Positions 34,915 to 46,249 of a stretch of 64,000 nucleotides of DNA are shown one piece after another. A program made the translations under genes and the position numbers. Location: assembly GCF_035084215.1 (NCBI RefSeq), contig NC_090352.1:27652001-27716000 (forward strand), in the 5' to 3' direction. The notes below the pieces were generated by a model, which did no database searches, had not been told where the DNA came from, and was given only the letters and a program-made list of their open reading frames with translations. Origin of the DNA: Heptranchias perlo (taxonomy: Eukaryota). Position 1 is the stretch's first letter. Every line of letters starts with the position of its first letter.

Positions 34915-37030
34915 CAATAAAAACTGAAAATGCTAGAAATACTCAGGTCAGGTAGCAACTGTAGAGAGAGAGAAAAAGAGTTAATGTGTCAGGTTAATGA
35001 CCTTAATTCTCTAACTTCTTCCAGTTCTGACTAAATAGTTTTTAAGCAAGTACAGAGCCAGGGAAAGGAGAGGAGGGAAGGTATGTGATAGAGTGGAGGA
35101 GTGATTAAATGGCAAAGGGATGATGGTGCAAGGCAAGGGGGGTTGGTAATGGGACAAGTAGAGAAACAAAAGATGGGTCTGGAGGAACTGTAAATGGCAA
35201 CAGCAGAAACATTATCAGCACCTGCTGTCCGAAAAAATGGGAGCAGTGGTTATGATCTGAAGTTATTGAAATCAATGTTGAGTCTGGAAGGTTGTAAAGT
35301 GCCCAATCAAAAGATGAGGTGCTGTTTCTCAAGCTTCCATTGAAACAGTGTAGGAGGCCGAGGTCAGAGTGGGATTGCGACGGAGAATTAAAATGGCAAG
35401 CGACTGGAAGCTCAGGGTCAAGCCTCCAGAGTGAATGGAGGTGTTCAGCAAAGAGTTCACCCAAGTTGCATTTGGTCTCCCTAATGTAGAGGAGACCACA
35501 TCGTGAGCAGTGATTACAATATACTAAATTGAAAGTACAACAAGTAAATCGGTTTCACCTGGAAGGAATGTGTGGGGTCTGGACGGTGGGAAGGGAGGAG
35601 GCAAAAGGGCAGGTGTTGCAACTCCTGTGCTTGCATGGGAAGGTGCCCTCGGAAGAAGATCGGGTGTTGGGGGTGATGGAAGAGTGGACCAGGGTGTCGC
35701 GGAGCAAACGGTCCCTTTGAAATGCTGAAAGGGGAGCGGAGGGGAATATATGTTTGGTGGTGGGATTGCACTGGAGGTGGCAGAAATGGCAGAGGATGAT
35801 CTGTTGAATGTGGAGGCTGGTGGATGGAAGGTGAGGATAAGGGGGACCCTATCGTGGTTCTGGGAGGGAGGGGTGAGGGCAGAAGTGCGGGAAATGGGAT
35901 GGACACGGTCGAGGGTCCTGTCAACCATAATGGAGCAAAATCCTTGGTTGAGGATAAAGGACCTATCGGAAGCACTGGTGTGGAAGGTGGTATCGTCAGA
36001 ATAGATGTGACGGAGACAGAGAAACTGGGAGAATGGAATAGAGTCCTTACAGGAAGTGAGGTGAGAGGAAGTGTAATCAAGTTGGCTGTGGGAGTCAGTG
36101 GGTTTATAGTAGATATTGGTTGACAGCCGATCTCCAGAAATGGAGATAGAGAAGTCGAGGAAGGGAAGAGTCCGAGATGGACCATGTGAAGTCGAGGGAG
36201 GGGTGGAAATTGGAAGCAAAGTTGATGAAATTTTCAGCTTGGGGCGAGAGCAGGAAGCAGCACAGATACAGCCTTCAATGTAAAAAAGAGGTGAGGGAGG
36301 GGACCTGAGTGGGACTGGAACAAGAAATGTTCCACTTAGCCCACGAAAAGGCAGGCATAGCTCGGACCCATACAGGTTCCCATAGCAACACCTTTTATTT
36401 GGAGAAAGTGAGTGGAGTCAAAGGAGAAGTTGTTCAATGTAAGAACAAGTGCCGCCAGGCGGAGGAGGGTGGTGGTGGTGGATGGGGACTGGTTGGGCCT
36501 CCATTCAGGGAAGAAGCGGAGGACTAGCAGGCTGTCCTGGTGGGGGACGGAAACTCGAGGAACAGCACCTCATCTTTCAGTTAGGCACTTTACAACCTTC
36601 CGGCCTTGACATTGATTTCAGTAACTTCAGATCATAACCACTGCTCCCACTTTTTCAGACAGCATGTGTTGGTAACGGTTCTGCTGTTGCCATTTACAGC
36701 CCATCTTTTGTTTCTTTACTTGTCCCATTACCGCCCCTTTTTGCCTTGCACCATCATCCCTTTTGTTTTTTAAATCACTCCTGCCCTCCACCCTATCATA
36801 GACCTTCCCTTTTGTTCTTTCCTCCCTTTCTTCTCTCCCCCTTCCCCTGGCTCTGTACTTGCTTGAAAACTGTTAATTCTCTAACTTCTTCCAGTTCTGA
36901 TGAAAGGTCATCAACCTGACACATTAACTCCATTTCTCTCTCCACATATGCTGCCTGACCTGCTGAGTATTTCCAGCATTTTCTGTTTTTATTTCAGATT
37001 TCCAGCATCCGCAGTATTTTGCTTTTGTTT
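34915..37030 (-). mobile_element. Penelope-like element (family B) with inverted pLTR: minus-strand body 34915-36545 plus inverted copy of its 3' end at 36551-37030
   Basis: LPFLDFSISISGDRLSTNIYYKPTDSHSQLDYTSSH..CKDSIPFSQF; EHL..LPVACHFN; 36551-37030 is reverse-complementary to 34915-35330. Confidence 0.9.
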
Positions 37031-37509
37031 TAGCGATATGCCTCAATTTGATCAGAGCAGCACTAGTAGAAATGGTGCTAGGATCAACTTGAGATGATGA
37101 ATTAAAAGACATTGAAACATACTGGTATCAATACACTAAACATATCTAGTGACAACACTGTGAAGAAATCTGAAGGCAAATATCATCATTTACTTAATTT
37201 TTTTCATTTGAAACATTACCAGTCTGTTTTTCTGTTCTGATTCAGCCTAGTCTCCAAATTGCCCATGTTATAAATTTAGCTGCTCTTGTGCATCCCACAG
37301 CATTTTTGTTTGAGATGGCTCATGTGCAATGAGAACAGAAGATAACTTGGCCTTGTAAAAACAAGCAGGATATTATCCAGTCACTTTGATAACCTACACA
37401 ATCATTAAATGAAGCCAAGCCCGATCCTGTTCTCAGTTGATGTCCATAAATACCTAGTTTCCAGAACAGGGTAATTGATTTTTCCCTCCTTTGGGACAAT
37501 GAGACACCC

Positions 37510-37648
37510 AATTGATAGATTTTTGTTAACCAAAGGTATTAAGGGATATGGAGCTAAGGTGGGTTATATGGAGTTAGATCACAGATCAGCCATGATGTCA
37601 GACTTAAGGGGCTAAATGGCCTACTCCAATTCCTATGTCCCTATGTTC
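37510..37648 (+). mobile_element. CR1 extreme 3' fragment
   Basis: GATAGATTTTTG..AAGGTATTAAGGGATATGG..GATCAGCCATGAT..GGCCTACTCC..CCTATGT. Confidence 0.85.
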
Positions 37649-39044
37649 TGATTGCTTCCCCAAAGGCTGATCAGCTAATTCAACACAGGTTGGGAATCAG
37701 ACGTGGGACTTTTATGACCTTAATGGTTTAGTGCTGCACCAGGTAGTGTTTATTTTTAAAACTGCTGGACCATTGGGGATACAGAGTCAGGATTTTTGAC
37801 AAAGTTTGCTTGACAACATCCCAAGTGCATTGGTTTGATCCCCTGCTGCAAGGAACCAAGCAGAGATGTACATTAGAGAAGTCGTTCCCAGCCAGTAGGC
37901 GCATACTTCCTAGTGGCAGTATGCACGTCACTTAAAGAGACAAGAAACTAACAGATCTTATTTGTTAAGCCTTGTTGTTCTGTAAATCTCTCATGCTATT
38001 GTATGGAGGGAGTGAAGACCAATTGTAGTCTTCAGGTGAAATGGGGTTAGAGGGCAGGGAAATAATTGGACCCATTTTAAAGTCACACATGCTGTCCTAT
38101 TTTTAAAATGTCAAAACAATGGCAATTTGGGAAGCAAAGACTAGATTTGGTTGGAATATAGGCATTCCTCTGTATAGGAGTACAGGCTGAGGAGCTGGGA
38201 GATGCAAAATTAAGGTGCTACAGAGCCATCACTGGTGGGAGCATGTAGTTACAGGGTAAGAAGTTTACCTAAGCAGTTTCCATTATTAATGTAGGTATAG
38301 GAATTTATAATGGAAAAAAGTTGACAGAACATGTGTGTAAATGTAATATTATTGATATGTCATAGCTAGATATATATAAAAAGAAAGCTTTTCCATAAGC
38401 ATCCACATTACCATTATGCAATTGATACATAAAGGTAAAATTTTTGAATCCAGTTTTACAAGGGCCTAATTACAGCATATATCCTTCATTATTTGACAAG
38501 CTTATCCTTTGAACTTTTCATTATTCAGCCATTACCATATGCTTTGCTCTTCTCTATGTCCCATTTCCAATATTAGGCTCATGTACACAAGACAAGTAAA
38601 ACATTTATAGTAGGAAGCTTGAAACTTGCCCCAATACAAAATTAATATCAACTGGTAGCACGATAACTCAAATGGTTGGGTCTGCAACCCCTAATCAGAG
38701 CACTTCCAGTTCTAAGCAGCGAAGCTGCCTAGCGCTCACAATTTGCTGCCTTATATAGGAAAGTTTTGGCAGTACTAAACTGAGTTACCAGATGGAGCGT
38801 TATGCAGTCGTATGGTTTCAGTCTTGAAGGCCTAAATGTGGCAGAACTCAACCTGTCCTATTTAAACTACACCTTTGCTGCTGGACAGTCACAAAGCAGC
38901 ACACATGCTAACTGAGCAATAATTTATAACAGACCACTCAGTCTTCGTGGTTGAATTTGATTATATAGGAAAAAGGAATATTGGCAAGTGAAACAAAGAG
39001 TTGCAGCATGTTACAAGCTGGTGACCTAGCCGCTCTGATATTTA

Positions 39045-39221
39045 GGGGGTAATTTTCTCCTTCATCGCGTGGACAGTAAACTGGAGTAGCAGATCACCCG
39101 CCCGTTATAGAATCTGTCTGATTTTCATTTCCATTGAAATTAATATTGGGCGGATTTTATAGCAGGTGGACGATCCACTCTGCCAGTTTACCGCCCAAGC
39201 AGTGAAAGTGAAAATGACCCG
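39045..39221. mobile_element. Palindromic MITE (non-autonomous DNA transposon, possibly PIF/Harbinger-derived)
   Basis: Termini GGGGTAATTTTC..GAAAATGACCC, imperfect inverted arms over the whole length, centre TTTCCATTGAA. Confidence 0.65.
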
Positions 39222-39779
39222 TATTAGCCTTCAGCATGAGATCCAAATTCATTGCTAGCTGTAAAATACTCTAATTCCAGTTGCATTTACCAGAATTGCA
39301 TCAAAGCTTCTCACTGTGGCTCATTGAAAAAAAATACCAAAGGTTCTCAGTATGAACAATCTTGGCTTACAAGATTACCTCAAATCTTTTACACCGGTCA
39401 CAACCTTCAACCTTTGCAACAGTTACATATTAACTCAAACAAATATTCAGCTGCAGAGAATTATACACAGGCAAATTCTATAATCTGCCACAGTTCCAGG
39501 TAAGTTAACTCTGCAGAGAAACTTCCTCTCACCTGAGAGATACCAGGACAGTTGAACGTTCCAGGATGTGAACCCATGCCTAGAATGAAGTTTTTTTGGT
39601 GGAAGACCATTTCTAAAATAAAACCAGGAAATCCTCCATCAAATATTTTCTGATATTACAGGAAATTCAGTTGTTACTAACAAAATTTATATCATTGAAA
39701 TCGATGATACAAAGCATAAATTACAGAGCATCACAGCAGTGATGAATTTTTTGGGTATTAAACTTGTAAGGTCAGATTC

Positions 39780-40175
39780 ACCTTTTTATCAGCAGTTGAT
39801 AGCACTCTGAATTACGGATCATAAAGCTGTGGTCTTGAGCCCCATATCAGGGTTTCAGCTCACAATCCAGGCTGATACTCCAATACAGTACTGAGAAAGT
39901 CCACAAGATGTCACAAAAAAAAGTCCCAACTCTCAGTTTTGGTTGATATTAAAGGTTTCTTGCACTATGCAAAAACAGGGAGTTCGCCTAGCGTCTTCGC
40001 CAATGTTTCCCCCTCAACCAATACCACCAAAAAACGGCAATTGGTTATTAAAAGGTGACTGTGGATGTGCTGTGTTTGCCTACCTGACAGTTGCTGCAAT
40101 TCAAAAGTAATTCATTGTATGTGAAGCACTTTGTGCTATCATGGTGTGATAAGATGCTATAAAAATGCAAGTGTT
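39780..40175 (+). mobile_element. Deu-SINE, nearly full length, old
   Basis: tRNA-like head remnant, CACAATCCAGGCTGA..CAGTACTGAG, GGGAGTTC..CCCCTCAACCAA, tail GCTATAAAAATGCAAG. Confidence 0.65.
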
Positions 40176-40479
40176 AACAAATTTTCCGCGGCCACTCCTC
40201 CAGCCAAAACAAGAGTCTTATCGCTGACTGAAGGCAGCCAGCAACAGCATCCATGTAAAGACCCTCAAAGGGCAAAAGGGACCAGGTACATTTCAGAGAC
40301 TCCACTTGGCATCCTTCCAAATGTTGACTGCCTCCCAGAATGCCGTGCCAAACGTTGATCACCATGTGAAGAAATTCACCAGTGCTAGCCTATGCCTTCT
40401 TGTTCTAGTATCTTGGCTTACTGTGAAGTAACATTCTGGATTTACCTTATTTAGACTGTTCAATATTTGTATATTTTGT

Positions 40480-40790
40480 AACATCCCTTGCTCAGTAATC
40501 TCATTTGAAAGCTAGAGAGCCTCAGTCTTTCCCTGTAACCCAATATTTTGGCACTGAAGATCAGCTTCCTGATTCTTTGCACTGCTTCCATGGGTTGAAT
40601 GTTGCCCTTATGTCTTGATTACCTGAATTGACCACAGTACTGGAGGTGCAATCTGACATGGATACAGTTGTAGCACATCATCCAACTTATACCAAACTGG
40701 TGTAGTAATACAATTTAGCATTCTGTTGGCTTTATTTATTGCTGATTTGACATGTCACCCCAGATCCCTTTCTACTTCACCTTTAGCTAA
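40480..40790 (-). mobile_element. Old CR1 RT C-terminal remnant
   Basis: CACAGTACTGGAGGTGC (antisense of HLQYC) and GTCACCCCAGATCCCTTTC (antisense of ERDLG). Confidence 0.55.
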
Positions 40791-40870
40791 AATCAAATGT
40801 ATTAATTTTAAATATCACAAAATGAAACAATCTTTTCATGAATTTCTGTTATGTTGCTCTATATTTCTAG

Positions 40871-41342
40871 ATACGCCACAGTTCTTGGAGAAATACTAGA
40901 TACAGAGAAGTTATTCAGGAGCTGCACTCCCAGGGAGTTGGAGGAAGCGTTATTTTGCCAGTCTAAGATCAATAATTTAAGTTGGGATTCCTATTGGGAA
41001 AAGAATGATCCACTGAGGGATGTGGATGAGGTCGCAGTACCCCTCCTCTGTATCTGCAGCAATGATGATCCATGCAGAGGCAACCCAGAGATCACCCTGC
41101 CTTTTGAGCTATTTGAAACCAATCCATATTTCTTCCTTTTGTTAACCAAGCACGGAGGACATTGTGGCTTTTTAACAAGCAGATCTTCCACTTGGAGCCA
41201 CAAAGCTTTACTTGAATACTTCAAATCAGTCACTGAGTTTTTCAGGGCTGAGGAAAGGACAAAGAATGTTTATAGAAGAAAAGTGTCAATGATGTCCTAT
41301 AAACGGAGCTACTCACAGAAAAAAATCAGCTTGTTCTCATAA
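40871..41342 (+). CDS. ABHD15: ABHD15 coding exon 2 (spliced CDS 1272 nt, 423 aa)
   Basis: Acceptor tttctAG at 40869-70; RYATVL, ELEEALFC, YWEKNDPLRDVDEVAVPLLCICSNDDP, NPYFFLLLTKHGGHCGF; TAA at 41340-42; AATAAA at about 41524 and 41566. Confidence 0.95.
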
Positions 41343-41906
41343 TATTCAAGAGATTTTTTAACCGGCAAAGATCATAAACAAGATGAAAAAGAAACTTTTA
41401 GTCCTTGGCAGCAATACTCAAATGTAAAACAGATCAACAAGAATGGAATTATTAGATCCAGTTTGTACATATAAGTAAAAATAGTTCTATTAAGATACAG
41501 ATTAGCTGTTGGTATGCCTATTGAATAAAATTCTAATGAACTGTGAAAATATTTTACAACTTAAAAATAAAATGTTACATTTTATGCGACATAGGATAGA
41601 GGTAAATGACTACAAAAATATAACACTGGACAATTTTAAAGTTATGCAAGAGCTTTGCAAAAGATTTGGAGGCAACAGTATTTTTTTACTAGTATACTTA
41701 TACTGTATATAAAAACATGTTCATTTGTATATACTGTACTAATCATTAAAACAACAAAGTATTTTGTATCATACATCATTGCAGTTAACCCCAGCCACTT
41801 GCTGGTGTAAACATTAAGTTTTGCAGATTCAAAATTAAAACTGAAAATGCTGGAAATACAAATTAGCATCTGATTAAAGACTTGGAGGGGGGGGGGGGGG
41901 CGGGCG

Positions 41907-42091
41907 GAGGGTAATTTTAACTTTACGTGATGGCGTAAAATGGGGGATAGCAAATTATCAGCCCATTAAACATCACGCCCAATTTTGCTTTCCATTGAAG
42001 TCAATGGAAGGAAAGATTGGGCGGGGCCTATAACGAACGGCCAATTTGATATACCCCATGTTACATCATCACCCAAAGTTAAAATTAGTCC
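41907..42091. mobile_element. Palindromic MITE related to 39045-39221
   Basis: GGGTAATTTTAACTTT..AAAGTTAAAATTAGTCC termini; central palindrome TTCCATTGAAGTCAATGGAA. Confidence 0.7.
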
Positions 42092-42389
42092 TAGGTAAAT
42101 TTTTGGGTTCAAACTTTTTAATCAGAACTAGTGAAGAGACATCAGAAATGTTAACTTGTCTTTCTGCTTTCACCTGCTGTGTATACTCAGAATGTTTTGT
42201 TTTTATTTCAAATTTCAACATTTCCAGTTTTTCCCTTATACCCTTATTTGTTATAGGTTTTCTGGATATCAGGACATATTTTTGCAGACCCTGGTCTTTT
42301 GGGTTTTCCCTTTGGAAAAAAAAACAGGTAATCACCCTGAAACTGCATGGAGGGATGATCTTTGACTTCAGCAAAGTACAACAGTATGA

Positions 42390-42568
42390 TACATAGAATT
42401 ACAGAGTCTACAGCACAGAAATAGGCCATTCGGCCCAACTGGCCTATACCAGTGCTTATGCTCCACACGAGCATCCTCCCGCCCTTCTTCATTTAACCCT
42501 ATCAGCATATCCTTCTATTCCTTTCTCCCTCGTGCTTATTTAGCTTCCCCTCAAATGCATCTATGCTA
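42390..42568 (-). mobile_element. CR1 3' UTR fragment
   Basis: Matches about 7075-7240 in the same orientation. Confidence 0.88.
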
Positions 42569-43401
42569 AATTGGGGCTAATTGAAGATTACGAGGTGCAA
42601 ACACACTTCCACGACCAGTTACTTTCCTTTGTCAGGTGAGTATTGGAATTCTCCAACACATAATGCTTTAATATCAGGACTGGCAAGGAGTTCCATTTTT
42701 TTTGAAGACTAGTTAATGTTTTGAGGGAGGAAAAGGTGTGCAAGACCTGTACTGTCCTCCTTAGCAGTGACAATCCCAACCCAAATTCTTTGGAAGTTGC
42801 CATTTGGTGTAGGTGGCTTACTTTCTCAAAGGTCCTAGAGATGAATTTCTGGCATGCATTGCTTTGAGAGAATGAAACCAACATTATCCTGGTGAAGATA
42901 GTAATTATGCAGGCATGAATATCATATGTTGCTGATAAGGTACCACCACATTCTTCATTTCTGCCACCTCCATTTACTGATTCCAGAACTAATACCAACT
43001 ATTCTTATAAATTGGGCTTTTATGCAGTAAGGGAGTGATGTAAGATTATGTTTTAAGACTATTGAACACTTGAAAGAATAAATGCTTCCATAAATATTCT
43101 GTTGACTTTTCCCTGGATAATGGGCTATGTACAAGATAAATGAGAACTTCTAGAACAAAGTACGTCTGTTTCAAATCAATGGAACTGACCTCATGGTTTA
43201 AATCTCTGAACTGGAACAATTCGACTTTTGCCTGTAGCCCCAACAACCAAAGTACTGGACATCAAATATGCTCACTTGATTTTGCTTGGATATCTAAGTC
43301 AATAGCCAAGAACAGAAAACCACCCGTATCTTTATGGACTAAGGAGCATATTGTTCTGTGGATGTTTCTAAACAACATGGAATATCCTGCTAAGCTTTTC
43401 A

Positions 43402-43408
<7 letters not shown>

Positions 43409-43452
<44 letters not shown>
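43409..43452. repeat. Compound (TA)n(CA)n microsatellite
   Basis: Direct reading. Confidence 0.95.
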
Positions 43453-43479
43453 GACTTGAATAGAGGGAGCTGTATATCC

Positions 43480-44330
43480 ATGATTGCAGATGACACTAAG
43501 TTAGGTGGCGCATTAAGTTGTATGATGGGGGCAGGAAGTTACAAAGAGACATAGACAGATACGAGTGAGTGGGCAAAACTATCGCAGATGGACTTCAATG
43601 TGGAGAAGTGTGCAGTAATCCACTTTGGATCTGAGAAAGACAAATAGGAATATTTTGTTAATAGTGACAGACTAGGAGCTGTGGAGGAGTAAAGTGATTG
43701 AGGTGTTCATGTACACAAATCACAAAGCTAGTGCTCATGTATAAAAGTAATAAAAATGGCAAATGGAATATTGGCCTTTACCTCACGGGAGTTGGAATAC
43801 AAAAGCAAGGAAATTATACTTCAGTTGTAGACAGCATTGGTCAGACCCCATCTGAGGTACGTGTCATCTCAGGAAAGATATATTGGCCTTGGAGGGGATA
43901 CAGTGCAGATTCATCAGATACCAGGGCTGAAAGCGTTAAATTATGAGACAGGTCACACAAATTTGGTTTATATTCCCTTGAGTTTAGAAGGTTGAGAGGT
44001 GATCTAATCAAAGTGCTAAAATGATAAAGGGATTTAATAAGGGTTGGTTCAGAAATACTATTTCCTCTGGTGGCAGAAATTAGAACAAGGGGGCAGAACA
44101 GGTGAAATCAGGAAGCACCTTTTCCATACAAAGGGTAATGGAAATCTGGAACTCTCCTCCAAAAGGCTGTGGATGCTTGATCACATTTTCAAGAATGAGA
44201 TTGATAGGTTAGGGTATCAAGAGATATGGAGCAAAGGCAGATAAATGGAGTTCAGGTGCAGATCAGGCATGATTTAATAAAATGGTGGAACAGACTCAAA
44301 GGGCTGAATGGCCTACTCCTGCTTCTATGG
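43480..44330 (+). mobile_element. CR1 LINE 3' part, decayed
   Basis: ADDTKLGG, QMDFNVEKC, RRLRGDLI, 3' GGGCTGAATGGCCTACTCCTG. Confidence 0.88.
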
Positions 44331-46249
44331 TGCTGACTAAGGAGGTAAGGAGATATATTTTACAATTCTCCTTAGTGCAGCACAATGTCAAACATTATTT
44401 GACCTAATATGGCTAAAGTTTATAGCAGTCAATGTATATGATTTCCAAAAAGCTGTAGTTACATATGAACACAAAAGTTATTCAGAATATTGATAATTCT
44501 TTAATGATTATGGGCAATGGTATATAGATTTGTAGTTTGCTTTTTTTTTAAAAAAAGTAATTTAATAAAAAAAGTATTTATTTTCCAAATACAAGAACTG
44601 CCTGGGCTTTGATTCCACCTGCACTCATTAACTTGGCAATTCCTGGAAAGAAATGTAATTTGAGCAAGTGTGTCTCATATCTTTACACTTTATTGAAACA
44701 ATTGTTAAACATTTCCTATCAACATACCTGATCTTGAGTCAGTTGTATAAACCAAGGAGTAAATCCATGTATTATGAAGCCTCTTAACTAAAATATTGAG
44801 CCTTCATTTCTAAACCATTAATACTAGTTACTCAATTGGAGCCATTTAATTCACAGCTAGGTTACTTTACAAAAAAAACTTTCCCCCAGTTCCTGGTAGA
44901 AAAACTAAGCTGGGGACCTGAAAACTGACCCTGCTCATCTACCAAAGCCACTTTGCAACCAATAATGTAGCAGGGAATGGCCAAGTATCATTCATCCTCA
45001 GAGATGTTCAACTTTTGACAGAAAACAGCTGTAATTTGTTACAAGATATCTATTATTCATTCCTACGTGAAGCATGAATCCTAAACCAATCCTGCCATCC
45101 AGCTTATAAAGAGAGAAAACATTTAAAAGTATCTTATAATTTTTGAATTTGGGGATTGTCACAAGTCTGTACTCATCTCTTAAGTAAAGGAGAATACATA
45201 ATTGGAAAGATTTCTGTAATTGGCTTGGCCAGAAGATGAAGCACATGGCAGAGGTTCAAAAATATTATTCTCTTCTGTAAAGGTCCCAAGTGAAATGAGT
45301 TTGGACAGTCTCAATTCAGTTGCTACTTGGCATGGACACAGTACAAAACTATCCTGATAGGATTTCTGGCATGGGAAATAGAAAAAAAATGTCAAATTGG
45401 TGCAGGAGTTAATCCTCTGAGATTAGGGTTGAGTAGCATAACTGCAGCAGAGTAGAAGCTTTGCTGTGCATCCACCCATTGTAGTATACCCAGCTTTAAT
45501 GCTGATGATAGGTGTCTGAAATGGAAAGTATTTCATTCTCTGGTGCTAAAATCCTTCACCTTGTTCAGCACAAAATTCACACACAAAAAAATTCATATGA
45601 AAATTTCTATCCAAAGTTGAGTAGTTGCAGGAAGTCAATTTTAGTTTGTTTTACTATATCTGCAAGCATGCATATCCATTATTATTGTATACAGAAGTTA
45701 CTATCAAGTTTGGATTTTACTATAACCCACGTTGTAACTACTGAAACATTGGGACAAGGCCTCGAGCCCTACATTTTCCAAAAGATGGCCGCCAAACACT
45801 ATAAACCACCTCCTATAAAATGCAGTGTGAAAATCCAGCATCTAAGGAAAGACGACAAATCTCATATTTGTAAACTAAAAATAAAGAATCTTTAAATTAA
45901 AAAAGTCTCCAAAAACAGTATATTGCTAAAAAATTACTAAAAGTCAAATACACAAATTCTTTTATGTACCTTCTAGTTTAATTTTTTATTAAATTTATCT
46001 CATCTCCAAAGATGATTCAATTAATACTTTCTTCATTAATTGGGATAACTGAAAATTGGTTACCAACTTTTAAAAAAAAAGTTCAGAATATTCTTAATCA
46101 ATTCAACCTCTATTAGTGATTTCAGGGAAGTTACATTTATATCAAATCACGTCCTGTATGAAATGGTATTTAGATTCCTATATTGTAAAAAAGTATTCAC
46201 ACAATTTAACATGGCAACCATCTGAAACAACAGTTAAATAAGCAAAAAA

